NCBI GenBank assembly: GCA_016748015.1
Contig: JAAOMT010000591.1
Span: 853,050 to 917,049, forward strand
DNA: 64,000 nt
Reading direction: 5' to 3'
Source of the DNA: Geosiphon pyriformis uo1
Taxonomy: Eukaryota > Fungi > Glomeromycota
The notes beneath the pieces are model-generated. The model saw only the letters and a list, made by a program, of their open reading frames with translations, did no database searches and was not told where the DNA came from. The translations under genes were made by a program, and so were the position numbers. Every line of letters starts with the position of its first letter. Positions within the stretch are counted from its first letter, which is position 1. This document shows positions 38,301 through 52,179 of the stretch, one piece after another.

Positions 38301-39206
38301 TTGTTATGCATGCTGGGAGATTGGTTCTGGTTCGAAGTTCTTGAAAAATGATTTGCTTTTTGATGTTGACTGGGTCCATTCTTCTTTGGTGTGGCATTCT
38401 AATTTGCACATGGCTACTCGTTTTACTAATTGATCTTTAGCTAATACATACATGTACTTTATGAAAGCTTTACATCATCACTTGCCTGTTGTCATTCAGA
38501 AGCGTCTTTATAGTAGACTTTATTCCAGTGTGTTGTACTTGTATTGTGGTAAAGTAAAAGTGTCAGATCATGTATTTTTTTGTAAGATTGATAAATCTGT
38601 CTGCCATCAATTATTAGATTCCCATGTGAATTCTTGAAAGGCACTTTCTGGCTTTGCTTATTCTTTTTTATGTGTGTTGCAGCTGTTATCATTATGTTCT
38701 CTTAGTTTTTCTGTGTTTATGGCTCTCTTCAAGAGTTTTGTTTTTGATGATTGGTTCTGCAAGGCTGTTTCCATTTTTTACAATTCCAAAGTTACTAGTA
38801 TAAAAGTTGTTAAATTTGTGCACTCTATCAGTATGGCTTTTAGGAATAATATCTGGTTGATTTATACTAAGCACTATGCATATATGAAAAAGAATGGTTT
38901 GATTTCTTTTGATGGTTTGGCAATCATCCCAGTTTCTGGTTTGACTTCAGGATTTTTTGCTGGTGTATTAAAACTGCTTGGCATTGCTGATGCTTTTGGT
39001 GTGCATTTTGGTTTTTACAAATCTTGTTCATTTTTTTCAAGTGTTAGCAGCTCAGTGTCAGTTCATATAGCTGTATAGTGTTGTTTTGATCAGTCCGAGT
39101 GGCTGGTTATGTGTAGAAAATGCATGATTCACACCTAGTTTAGATTATTTCTTTGATGTATAGTACTAGGTTGTGTTTAGACCTTACTCATTAATCAAAA
39201 AAAAAA
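32345..39206 (+). mobile_element. LINE-2, near full length (ORF1 about 32469-34401; ORF2 about 34398-39078; 3' UTR; A tail); 5' end approximate
   Basis: APE (TETKL, GGDFNED, DTDH); RT (QDMRKAYDSV, QGEVFFPLLW, FVDD); RNase H (VYTDG, SDSQ, WHKVK); zinc finger; poly(A) near 39197. Confidence 0.93.
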
Positions 39207-39533
39207 TATATAAATAATTTAACAAATAATTTAATAATTATTTTAAATAAATAAAACAAATTAAAAATTTTATAAAATATAATAAAAAATACTTTGTATA
39301 TTATTTTTTATTTAATTTATTTGCAATTTTTTAATAATTATTTTTACATATATTGTGATTTTTAAAAAGTTTTTCATATTAACTTTTATTATTTTTTTTG
39401 TTATTTTTTTTGTTAATTAATATTTTTTTTGGTTAAATATTACACTATTTACAGTTTAATTATTTTTTATCTTAACAATAATTTTACATAAAACACATTG
39501 CTATTATTATTACTTTTTATATTATTAAAATTA

Positions 39534-39572
39534 AACAACAACAACAACAACAACAAAAATAACAACAACAAC
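39534..39572. repeat. (AAC)n microsatellite
   Basis: Directly visible. Confidence 0.9.
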
Positions 39573-40724
39573 TTAATCCTTGTTTTTTAATTAATATTGA
39601 AAATAAAAAACCAAAAAAAATTTGAATTGTGTTTAATTTCTGAAATATCTTAAGTTTGAAAATTATTATTTCACTCTCTTAATCAAATTTAAATATGTTG
39701 GCCTGGTAATAATTATTAAGATTGCACTTATTAAAATAATAGTCTTGTTTTGTTTTTTCCATTTGTAGACATAAATATTAATAATTAAAGAAAATATACT
39801 TTAAAAGCAAAAACATTATATGTTGAGAATTGTGTTCTCAATCTTATTACTTCAATATCACCATTGTCAACCGGATTAATGTACTTGGTATTTTCCTCTC
39901 TATCTTCGTCTTCTTCCAAACTCGAATGTTTTAGCAATTTGGTGAAACTCTTGATAGAAGATTACAAGGAATAATAGAGATCACAAAAGAAAGATTAGCA
40001 AATACGTTCACAATTCCCATTTGATTTCTTTCCCATTAGGTCGGCTAAAAGGCTTGAACGTCAGACAAGCTAGAAGGTCACCTGTGGCTTAATACTGGTT
40101 TTGTAGCTCGGCTAAAAAGACTTGAATGGCGAAGGATCTAGAAGAATCTTTGTCACGTCACTTATTTTCCAACAAGAAAGCTTCTTTACTCGCCTTATTG
40201 TAATTTTCAAGAAATATCTCTGCCTCTTTCCTTTATTGAAATTTGCAATGTTTTCAAGGGATTTAATATACACATCGATCTTTTTTCTAAAAAGTGATGT
40301 CGCCGAAAGTGGATAAAGCGAGAAAATATCCATGGAAAGTGGAAAAGCAAATTGGGCGAGCATCAAACTTACGACATGTGACATCACATGTTCACTTTTG
40401 TCCCATATATGGCGGTAATAATTAATTTTATTATACATACTATTTTGCCAGGTATTTCTTTTATTGTTTGTGCCTCAAATTTCAACTGGTGAAATGTGAA
40501 TAATTTATATGCAAGAATTTTTTCATAAATTGTACAGGATAAAGAATGCGTGTTGATTAATAATAATAATAATAATAATAATAATTAATAATCAGATAAT
40601 TTAGATTTACAAAATTTGTGAAATAAGTATGTCGGGGAGTGGTAAAAATATTAAATTAACCATTAACAAACTGTTATCAAAACGGTCTCTTTACAATAAC
40701 ATGATTTCCTGAAATCTTCTACTT

Positions 40725-41747
40725 TTACTTCTTGATCTTTATCGCCTGATAAGGAATAGAATTGGGGGGACTCTGAGGGGAATAGGTACTTTGACTAGCA
40801 ATTGACGGGTCAGACCTGTTTGTAACTCTTGCCGCGCGTTGCTGCTCATCAATTATGACCTAATGGAAAAAACGCGAAAGCAGTATCTTTGAAAATTGTT
40901 TGTGACTTTTCCGAAACTTTTCAAAATTCATTTTTAAACTTACGTCAGCTGTCCATAACGCGGCGCCAACCACATTTGTCCATATAAATAGGAAATTAGC
41001 AATTGGAATCAACTCCAACGCGACTGCCACTGTACCAAACATCAGGTAATCGTGGCGGTTTTTCCATGCGAATTTTCGTGATTCCTTCAGGGACCATTCT
41101 TTAATTTCGATGTGATAATGCAATTGGTGACCCCAGGTCATCACCCAGCCGTTTAAGTAACAATAAACGAAGGTTCCGATGACGGGGATAAAATGTAATG
41201 GTGCTGTGATGATTAGAAGTAGTATCTGTAGAAATTAGATTTTTTGTTAGCTAAAGGGACAAATTAAAGAAAAACAAGTCACATAAAAGGGTGATTTAAG
41301 TTTACAAACTTCAGCAAAAATAAGCGCATATATCTGAAAAAAAGCAAACGTTATGCCAGCACAAATGCCCCGAAAACATATGGTCACGTTTGAGACTTGT
41401 CTTTCACGTTCGTCCAAAACCTTTGATAAACCCTTTAACCTTAAGACTTGATCAAATAAGGCGTCTTGCCACAGAGGAGTTGCGACGAGGTAAAATATAA
41501 TTGTAAAAACAACGCTTTCCAATAAACACAAAATTACAGCAATGATCCACGAAAGCCAGGATGGACAACCAATGTCTGTGAGTCCATTAGCTTGCAGACG
41601 AAGAAGAAAGGCAAAAGTAAGTCCGATTGAAAGCAAAGCTACCACCAGGGTAATAAATAATATGCCGAGTATTTTTCGAATTAAGCTCCAGTTTGATAGG
41701 AAATAAAAAATGCCTTGAAGTGGATATGAGGAACGGGGTAGTATCAT
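40725..41747 (-). CDS. EI24/CysZ-domain membrane protein (Lds1/Lds2/Rrt8-like), 3 exons (41747-41310, 41225-40944, 40859-40725), about 284 aa
   Basis: YPLQGIFYF start; TAPLHFIPVIG; ELIPIANFLFIWTNVVGAALW; in-frame GT-AG introns. Confidence 0.85.
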
Positions 41748-42328
41748 TATTGTCAGGACTAGCTTTGAAAAGATGAGGCGTCTTGCAGATAAAATAGATA
41801 TTGATTTATATAACGATAATGGGATCTTGTGATATAACTATTGATTCGATCATCTTTGATTTAATACCAAATGAATTAGCTAGGAAAGTTGGCTGAAGTC
41901 ACGTGGTACTTATTACTCAAATGTATAATGATCAGCAAAGCAAAAAATATTGCCGCAGCAAGTTCAGCCTTAATATTTAATAGACGCTTTTCGAATCAAA
42001 ATTTCTTTTCAATTATGAACACATGGGAACTTGAATATTGCCTATTTGATCTTTGGGTTCCAGATTAACGCATCTTTGGGCTATTCATTAAAAACATATA
42101 AATGTAAAAGTTTATACCAGAATTAATTGCGCCTTTAACTTGAAACTTCTGGTAATTCAAAGCTCGATAAAATTTGCAGAAAAGGTTTGTGTATATGAAA
42201 AAATGTGTAGGATTTGTTAAAATGAAAAATAAGGAGCTATAAAAGGATAAAAACATGAATTAATAATAATAATAATTATTATAAATATTTATATAATTTA
42301 TAAAAACTCATTTAAACTACCAATTGAT

Positions 42329-42450
<122 letters not shown>

Positions 42451-43410
42451 NNNNNNNNNNNNNNNNNNNNNNNNNNNNNNNNNNNNNNNNNNNNNNNNNN
42501 NNNNNNNNNNNNNNNNNNNNNNNNNNNNNNNNNNNNNNNNNNNNNNNNNNNNNNNNNNNNNNNNNNNNNNNNNNNNNNNNNNNNNNNNNNNNNNNNNNNN
42601 NNNNNNNNNNNNNNNNNNNNNNNNNNNNNNNNNNNNNNNNNNNNNNNNNNNNNNNNNNNNNNNNNNNNNNNNNNNNNNNNNNNNNNNNNNNNNNNNNNNN
42701 NNNNNNNNNNNNNNNNNNNNNNNNNNNNNNNNNNNNNNNNNNNNNNNNNNNNNNNNNNNNNNNNNNNNNNNNNNNNNNNNNNNNNNNNNNNNNNNNNNNN
42801 NNNNNNNNNNNNNNNNNNNNNNNNNNNNNNNNNNNNNNNNNNNNNNNNNNNNNNNNNNNNNNNNNNNNNNNNNNNNNNNNNNNNNNNNNNNNNNNNNNNN
42901 NNNNNNNNNNNNNNNNNNNNNNNNNNNNNNNNNNNNNNNNNNNNNNNNNNNNNNNNNNNNNNNNNNNNNNNNNNNNNNNNNNNNNNNNNNNNNNNNNNNN
43001 NNNNNNNNNNNNNNNNNNNNNNNNNNNNNNNNNNNNNNNNNNNNNNNNNNNNNNNNNNNNNNNNNNNNNNNNNNNNNNNNNNNNNNNNNNNNNNNNNNNN
43101 NNNNNNNNNNNNNNNNNNNNNNNNNNNNNNNNNNNNNNNNNNNNNNNNNNNNNNNNNNNNNNNNNNNNNNNNNNNNNNNNNNNNNNNNNNNNNNNNNNNN
43201 NNNNNNNNNNNNNNNNNNNNNNNNNNNNNNNNNNNNNNNNNNNNNNNNNNNNNNNNNNNNNNNNNNNNNNNNNNNNNNNNNNNNNNNNNNNNNNNNNNNN
43301 NNNNNNNNNNNNNNNNNNNNNNNNNNNNNNNNNNNNNNNNNNNNNNNNNNNNNNNNNNNNNNNNNNNNNNNNNNNNNNNNNNNNNNNNNNNNNNNNNNNN
43401 NNNNNNNNNA
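42451..43410. other. Assembly gap (N run)
   Basis: 960 N. Confidence 1.
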
Positions 43411-43554
43411 ATTTTTCAGTTTTTTTGGGCGCGATTTGTTGATTTACGCGTCCAGGAAATTTAACAAAATTTTCTTAATTATAAATTACCATGTCAAATC
43501 AAAGAATATCATCTTGATTCATAGAAGTGTGAAGTGAAAACACTTTATCTATGG

Positions 43555-43665
<111 letters not shown>

Positions 43666-43796
43666 TTTTTTTTAATATATTTATATACGTATATATTTAG
43701 GATGAAATAGTTCAACAGACGACGATTTTAGACAAAATTGATCGTTCCACTTGAACGTGTATTTATATATAAAAAAAGTGTCTCCTCGGGAATTAA

Positions 43797-43835
<39 letters not shown>

Positions 43836-44032
43836 TGACACAAACTATAAATTCATAAATCCAAATAAAAACAAATGCTTTCCAGTAGAAACAAATAAAA
43901 GAAACAAGTTTTTTATTATTGATTAAACAATCTAAAATTTTTCAAACGAATATAATTTCTCTTAAAGTATATCAATTTAAAAAATTATTTTTCTACCCAC
44001 CTTTAAATACGTTGCATCCCACTCTTGAAATT

Positions 44033-44920
44033 ATGGAAATTGATGATAAAGGTTAACAGCTAAATTTATTATACTTTTATTTTTTAAAATTTTCCAAAAT
44101 TCAACTATTACAACTAAACCCTGTTAAATTAATAAAGAAAGTGAAGGAAATTTCAAACCAATTGAATTGACCTCTATAGTAAAGCCCGATGATTCAGAGA
44201 GCACTCAAAGAATTAGAGAGCTTGAAGTTATAGAACAGGTTTAAAATATAAATTATCTTTTTCAAACCACTCTTAATGATCTTTTCATTTTTGAGATTAA
44301 ATATGAAAATGATTCCATTCTTGTTCTCAAAGCTTATAGTCGATCTTTTAAACACTTCCGGGAGAGCCATTCTCGGTTTAAGTTTAGATGGACACCCTGA
44401 AAGTGAAAGTGAAATTGAACCAGAACAGAAAAAAGAAAAATCTTCAGAATTGAACTCGGAATCTAATTATAAAACTGAGGTAATTGGTGACGAGAAACCG
44501 GAGAAAGTTAACGTGAAATTACAAGTTGAAAATTTTAAAACGTTAGCAGAAAAGTATCGAGATTTAATTGATGTAAGTTCTCTTTAATCTCTCTATAATT
44601 TTATGTTTCTTTTAGGAACTTTATCCTTTTCATACCTTCTAAAACTTTTTCAACATTAGAGAATTCAGTTAAAACTTAGGGAACAGTTTCGTGGAATTCG
44701 AATGATGGGAATTACCACTGGAGATGTTCCTTTTCATGTGGTCACATATGGGGAAGAGAAAGAATTTGACAGTTGGGCTGACGCTGTTAAGGTTTTACGA
44801 ATTGAATTAGAGAAAGCCCTTAAACTTGCCATCCAAACTCAACCTTTACCAGATAATAAAATTATAAATGATATGAACGCTTCAAAATTGGAAGAGGTGG
44901 TTACCATGGATATTGATTAA
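44033..44920 (+). CDS. MED11: Mediator complex subunit 11, 4 exons
   Basis: Spliced product RIRELEVIEQLIVDLLNTSGRAILGL...FKTLAEKYRDLIDRIQLKLREQFRGI...YGEEKEFDSW matches the Med11 helical pattern. Confidence 0.72.
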
Positions 44921-45450
44921 CTTTAAACTACTATATATTAATATTTGGAAATTTTTAATAGCAAATTAAATCCTCATTTACTTGGAGTCCCAAGATTTTA
45001 AAACCATTTAATTTAAAACCAAAGATATTGAATTTTGAGACATATTTTAGTAATCTTTGTTAAATATATATATATTATACATACGCTTAGGTAAATATCA
45101 GCAACTGGATACTCGATTAAAAAATAAAATTCCCCCTCCCCCCTCCCCCCATCTTTCATCGAACAACCATCTCCACTTGAAAATATCGGCAAAAGTATTT
45201 TAGATATATATTCCACGTGAGGTATTTAAGCCATTATTAATGACCTACAAAACATTGATTGGTTCTCTAGAAATAAAAATAAATACTGACTATTTTTGGT
45301 GAGGAAAATTCTATTTTTATTGTGGCGTATACAACATACTACATACTAATATCATATTTTTCTCTTGCCTTTGAAAATCAAAACCCCCCCCCCCCCCCGT
45401 TTGGAATATACACTTAGAATCACAGTCCCGGACTCCCTAAACTTTAAATA

Positions 45451-48400
45451 ATGTCCTTAAACCCTTTTTCTGATGAAGCTTTTGCTTCACTTAGTCATCT
45501 ACTTGCTTTTGATAACCATGCCACACGTAAAGCGTGTCTTGACCTAATGGCCACAGATCCGATTTTCATTCCTCGTTACAACATTCCTTTAGAGTTAGAA
45601 AGAGAACTCGCCTTGCAGCGCTTGCAACGGATAGCAGACTGTGGTTTTTTGTCTGTTTTTGATTTTGAAAAGAACCCTTTGAATGTTTTTGCGGGTAAAT
45701 CTTTACTTTCTTTATATATAATGAAGAGTTGAACAAAAAAAGAAAAATCAATGTTTCCATTCAAAAACTTTTATCCTAGTCATTTAAAAGTGTAATTGAA
45801 GTATACCAATTTTTCATGATAATTGGAAAATATACAATTTTCATTAAAAGCTTATTTTATTGTCGTCATGTTTCCATTTACACGGGGTGAAGAGTGTGTG
45901 AGGGTAGCTCTGAAAGTTTAAGGGCGATTGCTCAAAACGCGTTCATGATATCTCTATTTGTCCATAGTACATGAAATGGCGGGAATGGTGGATGGCTCAA
46001 CCGCCACCAAGGTATTAATCAGATTATTTTATTTTATTTTATTTTTTATTTAATTTAATTTCTGGAAGTTTCATTTAACAATCCTATTCTTAGAAAATCG
46101 CTAAAATATTTCCTTCTTTTTAACATAGATGACTGTTCAATGGAACCTTTTTGGGGGAACGGTTATTAAACTCGGTACTGAACGTCATCGATACCTTCTT
46201 CCCGGGATTGATACTCTTGAGAATATCGGTTGTTTTGCACTTACCGAATTGGGTTATGGGAACAACGCGATTGAGATGGAGACAACAGCTGTTTTTGACG
46301 AGAAAACCCGCCAGTTCGTGATTAATACTCCCTCCATACTATCCCAAAAATATTGGATCACTAATGTAGGGTTGTCCCAAAGATTTAATTTCAATTCTCC
46401 ATTATTGTCATCGTTCATTAATTCTTTTTCTTTATTCTATTTGAACAATTTATTCGTCCGAAACAATAGTCAGCTGTTCATGCCAAATGGGCAGTCGTAT
46501 TTGCACAGACCTACGTACACGGCATCAATGAAGGGATTCATGCTATCATAGTCAGGATTCGTGAGGACAAGTGAGATTAAATTTGTATTTCACACCCCTT
46601 TTTTTAACAATCGATTGGATTATTATTAATAATATAGCTCAAAATGACTTGTTTCATGTGATTGTAGCATGGCTCCTTCAAAAGGCGTTACCATCGAGGA
46701 TATGGGTATCAAACAGGAATGTAATGGTGTAGATAATGGTGAGTCTCAGCATACTTCAATTTCTTGACATTAAACTTTTCAAATTAATAAATAAAACTGA
46801 AATATTTCATTCAGGGAAGTTATGGTTCAAAGATGCAAGTATAACACTAGCTGTTTATTGTTTCATTCAAAATATAACACTTTTTTAACATTGTTTTCAT
46901 TATTTAGGTACGTGTTCCAGTGGAAAATTTATTGAACCGATATTCGAATATTGACGAGCAAAATCGATTCACTAGTTCTATTAAAAATCGTCGCGGGTAT
47001 GTTTTAAATCTTTGGTTATTTTTATGTATTTATTATTCTGAATATCTATTCTAATTTTAGTTGATATTTTAGGCGATTTTTGAAAGTTGCTGATCAACTT
47101 TTATCGGGACGATTGGCAATTGCTTCAATGTGCTTAGGGGGAACCAAAAGTATGCATTATGTGCAAAAGAATACCTTTTTTTTATATATCTCTGAAATAT
47201 TGATTCACAACGAATCTTCATTTAGCTTGCCTCTCTATTGCATTCAGATATGCTAATTCACGATTTGCTGTTGGAGCTACCGGAAAGAGGTTAATAATTT
47301 CAAAACAGACTTTTCTGGTGACAAGTCACATGAATTGATTGTATTCTTAAACTGTCTATCTTTGTCTCTACAACCATTAGTGACACTCCTATTTTGGCTT
47401 ATCAGCTTCAACAACGAGCACTCTTGCCTTTGTTGGCCAATACCGTCGCCCTTAATATTGGATTAAATTATTGTAAATCTAGATGGGCTAATCAAGTAAT
47501 TCTTACACCTTCCCGCATAACTATTTTTATCATACCTTGCTTCTCACATTCTCGATTTGCATCTTACTATTTAGGCACCTAACGATGGACCAGAGGTTGT
47601 ACGTCTTTGTTGTGTCATCAAACCTTTGGTAACATGGAATTGTGAACGTGTGGCTACCGTGTGCAGAGAACGTTGTGGTGGCCAAGGGTATTTGAGTGTT
47701 AACCGATTTGCGAGTTTTATTGGCTTTTCACATGCCGGTATGACTGCCGAGGGGGATAATAGTGTGCTCATGCAAAAAGGTAAAGTTTTTGATGGTTTTT
47801 TGCTTTTATATTTCACGCACTTATTTCTCATAAACCTTTTTCTTACAGTGGCTAAAGAATTGTTGGCAGATGTCAAAACTGGAGCTGTCCAGTTACCTGT
47901 AATTCCGGACGCCGATAAGGCTTTAACATGGGATATTGGAATTCCTAATAATTTGCTTAAATTATTTAGTCTAAGAGAACAGATTTTGCTCAAAGAGGTG
48001 ATTGAAATTTTTATTTAGGATTCTTTCCTTGTTCAATAATCTCATCATGATGTATTTATTATTTTTTCACCCCAGCTTGAGATAAATATGTCTGAAAAGA
48101 TGAAAAATGGGGCCAGTCTATTTGTCGTTTGGATGACACAAGAATCGGATACTATTCAAGCTTTAGCCAGAGCCCATGGTGAACGAATTGTCCTTGAACA
48201 AGTTTTAATTAGGATTGATCAACTCAAAGGCGGGGCAAAGTATGATATTCTTTGTAAAGCTTTTCATTTGTCATCCAACCGTTCTTATTTAATAATTTCA
48301 TTTAACTTGAAACATTTTGATCTTTTTAGAATACTTCTTCAAACCCTAGGCCTTCTTTACGCGCTCAACCAACTTGATGCTTATTTAGCATGGTACCTCA

Positions 48401-48721
48401 CCAATCATCTGGTATCGATAGAGTCCGCTAGTCGCCTTCAACCTCTAATCCGTGAAGTCGTGGCAAGCCTGGCACCCCAAAGCATCCGAATTGTTGATGC
48501 GTTAGGCGTCGATCCACGGGTTCTTTTTGCCCCAATCGCTAATGTTCCTCCAAGTGACAGTTGGGTCAATTTCAACGCATCTAATAATAAAGGTTTGTTT
48601 TTTTGGTAATTCTGTTTTGGAACTCTACATTTTTTCTTTAAATGTCTGAAGCTTTTTTTGAAATATCCTAGGCGAATTATTATCGGATGTTACGGTTGGA
48701 TTTAGGAAAAGTAAACTGTAG
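45451..48721 (+). CDS. Peroxisomal acyl-CoA oxidase, about 14 introns, C-terminal PTS1 SKL
   Basis: [49 protein letters not shown] (catalytic Glu); ends FRKSKL*. Confidence 0.92.
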
Positions 48722-49022
48722 TGTGTTTAAAAGTTTTTTCTCTTTAAATTCGGTATTCTGCCTTTACCTTTCAATAGCTTATAGATGGTTAATTTTTAAT
48801 AATCGTTTTCTGAAAGAATATATTTATTCGAATTGCACAGACTGATTTTTGATTTATTATCTGATGACGGTACAATTAATCGTAATTTCGAAAAAAAAAA
48901 AAAAAAAAAAAGTGAATTTCATTTGTTCGTCCTGCTGTAAATTCATCAGAAAAGAGTAAAGTCGCGAACTAAAATTTAGAATTTAATAGTCTTATTATTA
49001 CTGTGCGCGATGAATGTTCAAA

Positions 49023-50936
49023 ATGGATAACATCTTGGACGCCTACGGAAGTGAAAGTGACGAAGAACTTATTTCTGATAATGCACGTACAGTTGAGAAT
49101 TCCACTTTTAAATGGAATCCACAGAGTCAATACAAAAGGCATCGAAAGTCCCCCCCACTTGAGCCAAAAGTTAGAGTTTATGTGTCAAAACGGCGAAAAA
49201 AAGTAGAGGAGAATAGTGCCCAAGAAAAGGTCATTAATGAGAAACCGATCACGAACGGTATGAACCAAGAATCCGCGCTCAATTTTCTGGCATTTTATTT
49301 AGACAATTAAATCATTTTCCATGTTAAATCACCTATTTTTTGTCAACAGAACATGACGGGAGCCTAGCGGCGCGGCCTTTCCCACTTTTGAATATTCCTT
49401 CACGAATTCAATCTACACTTGAAGCCTCTTTCGAGCATCAAACTATAAATAGTCAGAAACGCTTTGGTGCTATTCCAATACGACAATATTATCATCTGCC
49501 TAAAGATCATGTCAAAGGTGTAAACGCTATAAAATGGTGTGGCGCTTTTGGTAAATTTTTTTAATAATCTTTATCAAAAAACCCTGACAGATATAAAAGG
49601 ATTTTTTCAATTTCAAACATAAATGTTACTCACAATTTACTCCAGGACAAGTACTTGCATCCGCGTCGATGGATGGTACTGTACGGATTTGGGATGTGTT
49701 CCGGTCAAAAAAGTGTGCCCTGATTTTGAAGCATGATGGTGGGATGATGGGCTTTGATTTTTATGGCTTTGTTCTAGATGCTTTCCTCAAGCATATATCA
49801 CTTATAGTACGATCTTTAATAAAATGATTCTGAAGGCGCCGTCAAAGATGTGCAATGGGATGGCCAAGGAAAGAATATTCTCTCGGGAGGTTATGATAAG
49901 CTTGTCAAGTTAACTGATCTAGAAACGGGAACCACAATTCACGTGAGGAAAATGCTTTTTCAAAGTTTCCATAAATCAATGTTATTAAATTCCAACTATA
50001 AATCGATCTTTGGTAATTCAAAAGACCTTTTCTCACCCACAATTCATCACCTCACTTCGCTATCACCCCATAAACTCGCACATTTTCGTATCGGGCATGT
50101 CAAAAGATGGTATCATCTCATGGGATACACGTTCTCACAAACTCATCAAAGAATTTCGAAAGTTCTGGGGGAGTGTTAACGATCTTGAATTCTTGCCCGA
50201 TGGCGGGGAATTGGTCACCTGTTCAGATTACGTGGTTCGGAATTCGGCAGATAAGAATATCGTGGTTTGGGATTTTGAATCGGTGAGTTTTTTATAGTCA
50301 TATCAAAAGTTATATGGAAAAAGCTGAATTCGAATGAGCATTTTTTGCCTTTTTAGTATTATTTGTTTAATTCTTTTTCTCATATCCTATTTATTACTCA
50401 CGACCTGGAATATGACCTAGGCAACGTCAATTTCTAATCAGATATATCAAGAAGCTTTTTCATGTACCGCCTTAAGGATACATCCATTGCAACGACACTT
50501 TACCGCACAATCTAACGCAAACTATATTGCCATTTTCAGCATCGAAAAGCCTTGGAAGTTGGATAAACGAAAGGTAGGATAATATATTAGCCTTTTTTTT
50601 GAAAAAGAAAATTTTGTATTCTTTAATTTTCTGATTTCTGCGTTTTCATCGTTCATCACTAAATTGGAAATTTTTCGAAAGCGATTCGAAGGCCATTATG
50701 TAAATGGACATCCCATCAGATTCAACTTTTCACCTGAACCTGATCAAGGACGATACCTTGCTTCCGGAGACTCTAACGGCGGGATATTCTTCTACGAGTG
50801 GTCTACTTCGAAGATTGTAAAGACAATTGAAAACGCTCATCATCAAGCCATCTGTACTGATATTAGCTGGCATCCAGTATTAAGGGGCACAATGGCCAGC
50901 TGTGGGTGGGATGGTAGCGTTAGGATTTGGGAATAG
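49023..50936 (+). CDS. WDR25: WD40-repeat protein WDR25-like (CDC40/Prp17 paralog), multi-exon
   Basis: LDAYGSESDEE N-terminus; ISNQIYQEAFSC; AQSNANYIAIFS; RFEGHYVNG; WHPVLRGTMASCGWDGSVRIWE. Confidence 0.78.
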
Positions 50937-51290
50937 GAAGATGTAAAAGATATTTGGTAATTATGTGTCACAAATAATATTTATAAAAGAAAGTCCATTA
51001 TCCTGGATGTTGATATCTAATATCTTGTAAGTCAATCCGATAAATGGTATTGTTTTAAAATGTTGTAGATTTTAGTTTTAGTTTATATGATTAAAATTTT
51101 TATAATTCATTTGTAAATAAATTTAATTGATAAAATTAATTAATTAATCAAGAATTTAATTATTTTTTTAAGATATAATTAATCCAAGATTTTAAACCTA
51201 CAAAAAGTACATTATATTGTAAAATTAAAATTTTATTTATTATTAAAAATAATTATTATATAACAAATTTTTTAAACCAAAAAATATTAA

Positions 51291-51330
<40 letters not shown>

Positions 51331-52179
51331 GTGATATTAATAATATTTTTTACTTTTTAATTTTGTAAATTTTATGTTTAAAATAAAATAAAAATATTTG
51401 TATTAAATTTATAATATATAATAAATTAAAATTAAAAAAAAATAATATATTATTGTAAAATAGTTTCAATTAATTTAAATATATTATACTTAAAAAATCC
51501 AAAACAAATCAATTAAAATTTATTTAAACAATTTTTTCTTAAAATAATATTTAAATATTTTTATAATACTAATAATTACAAAACTATTCAATATAATTAA
51601 ATTGTTTTTTATATTTGGTTTTTAATTTAAAAATAAATAATTAAATTTAAAAAAATTTTTTAATGTTAATATTTTATTAAACCAAATTTTAAAACAAAAC
51701 TTTTTACAAATATTATATATATAAACAAAAATTTAAAATATTAATTATAAAACAACATAATATGTATTAATATTATATTAAAAAAAAAATTCTTTTTAAT
51801 TTATTTTTATATGTAAAAAAGTATGATTAAAATTTTTTTTTTATATTAAATGCAAAAAAATAAAATATGTAAAATTATTAATAATTTTTTATATAAAGTT
51901 TTTATATATAAATATAAATACCAAAAATTTTTTTGTTAATAAACTTAAAAATTATATAATTATTATTATTAAATATTATATATTTTTTTATTAATTTTAA
52001 TAAATAATAAGCAATTAAAACTCGGCTTTTTTGTTTATTAAAAAATTTGAAATTTATTATTATAAATATTTAAATAATTTTAAATTTTAAATTATTTAAC
52101 TTTTAAATTTTTATTTTTAATTAAATTAATAATTTAAAACTTATTTATTTAATATTTATTATAAAAACAAAAACAATAT

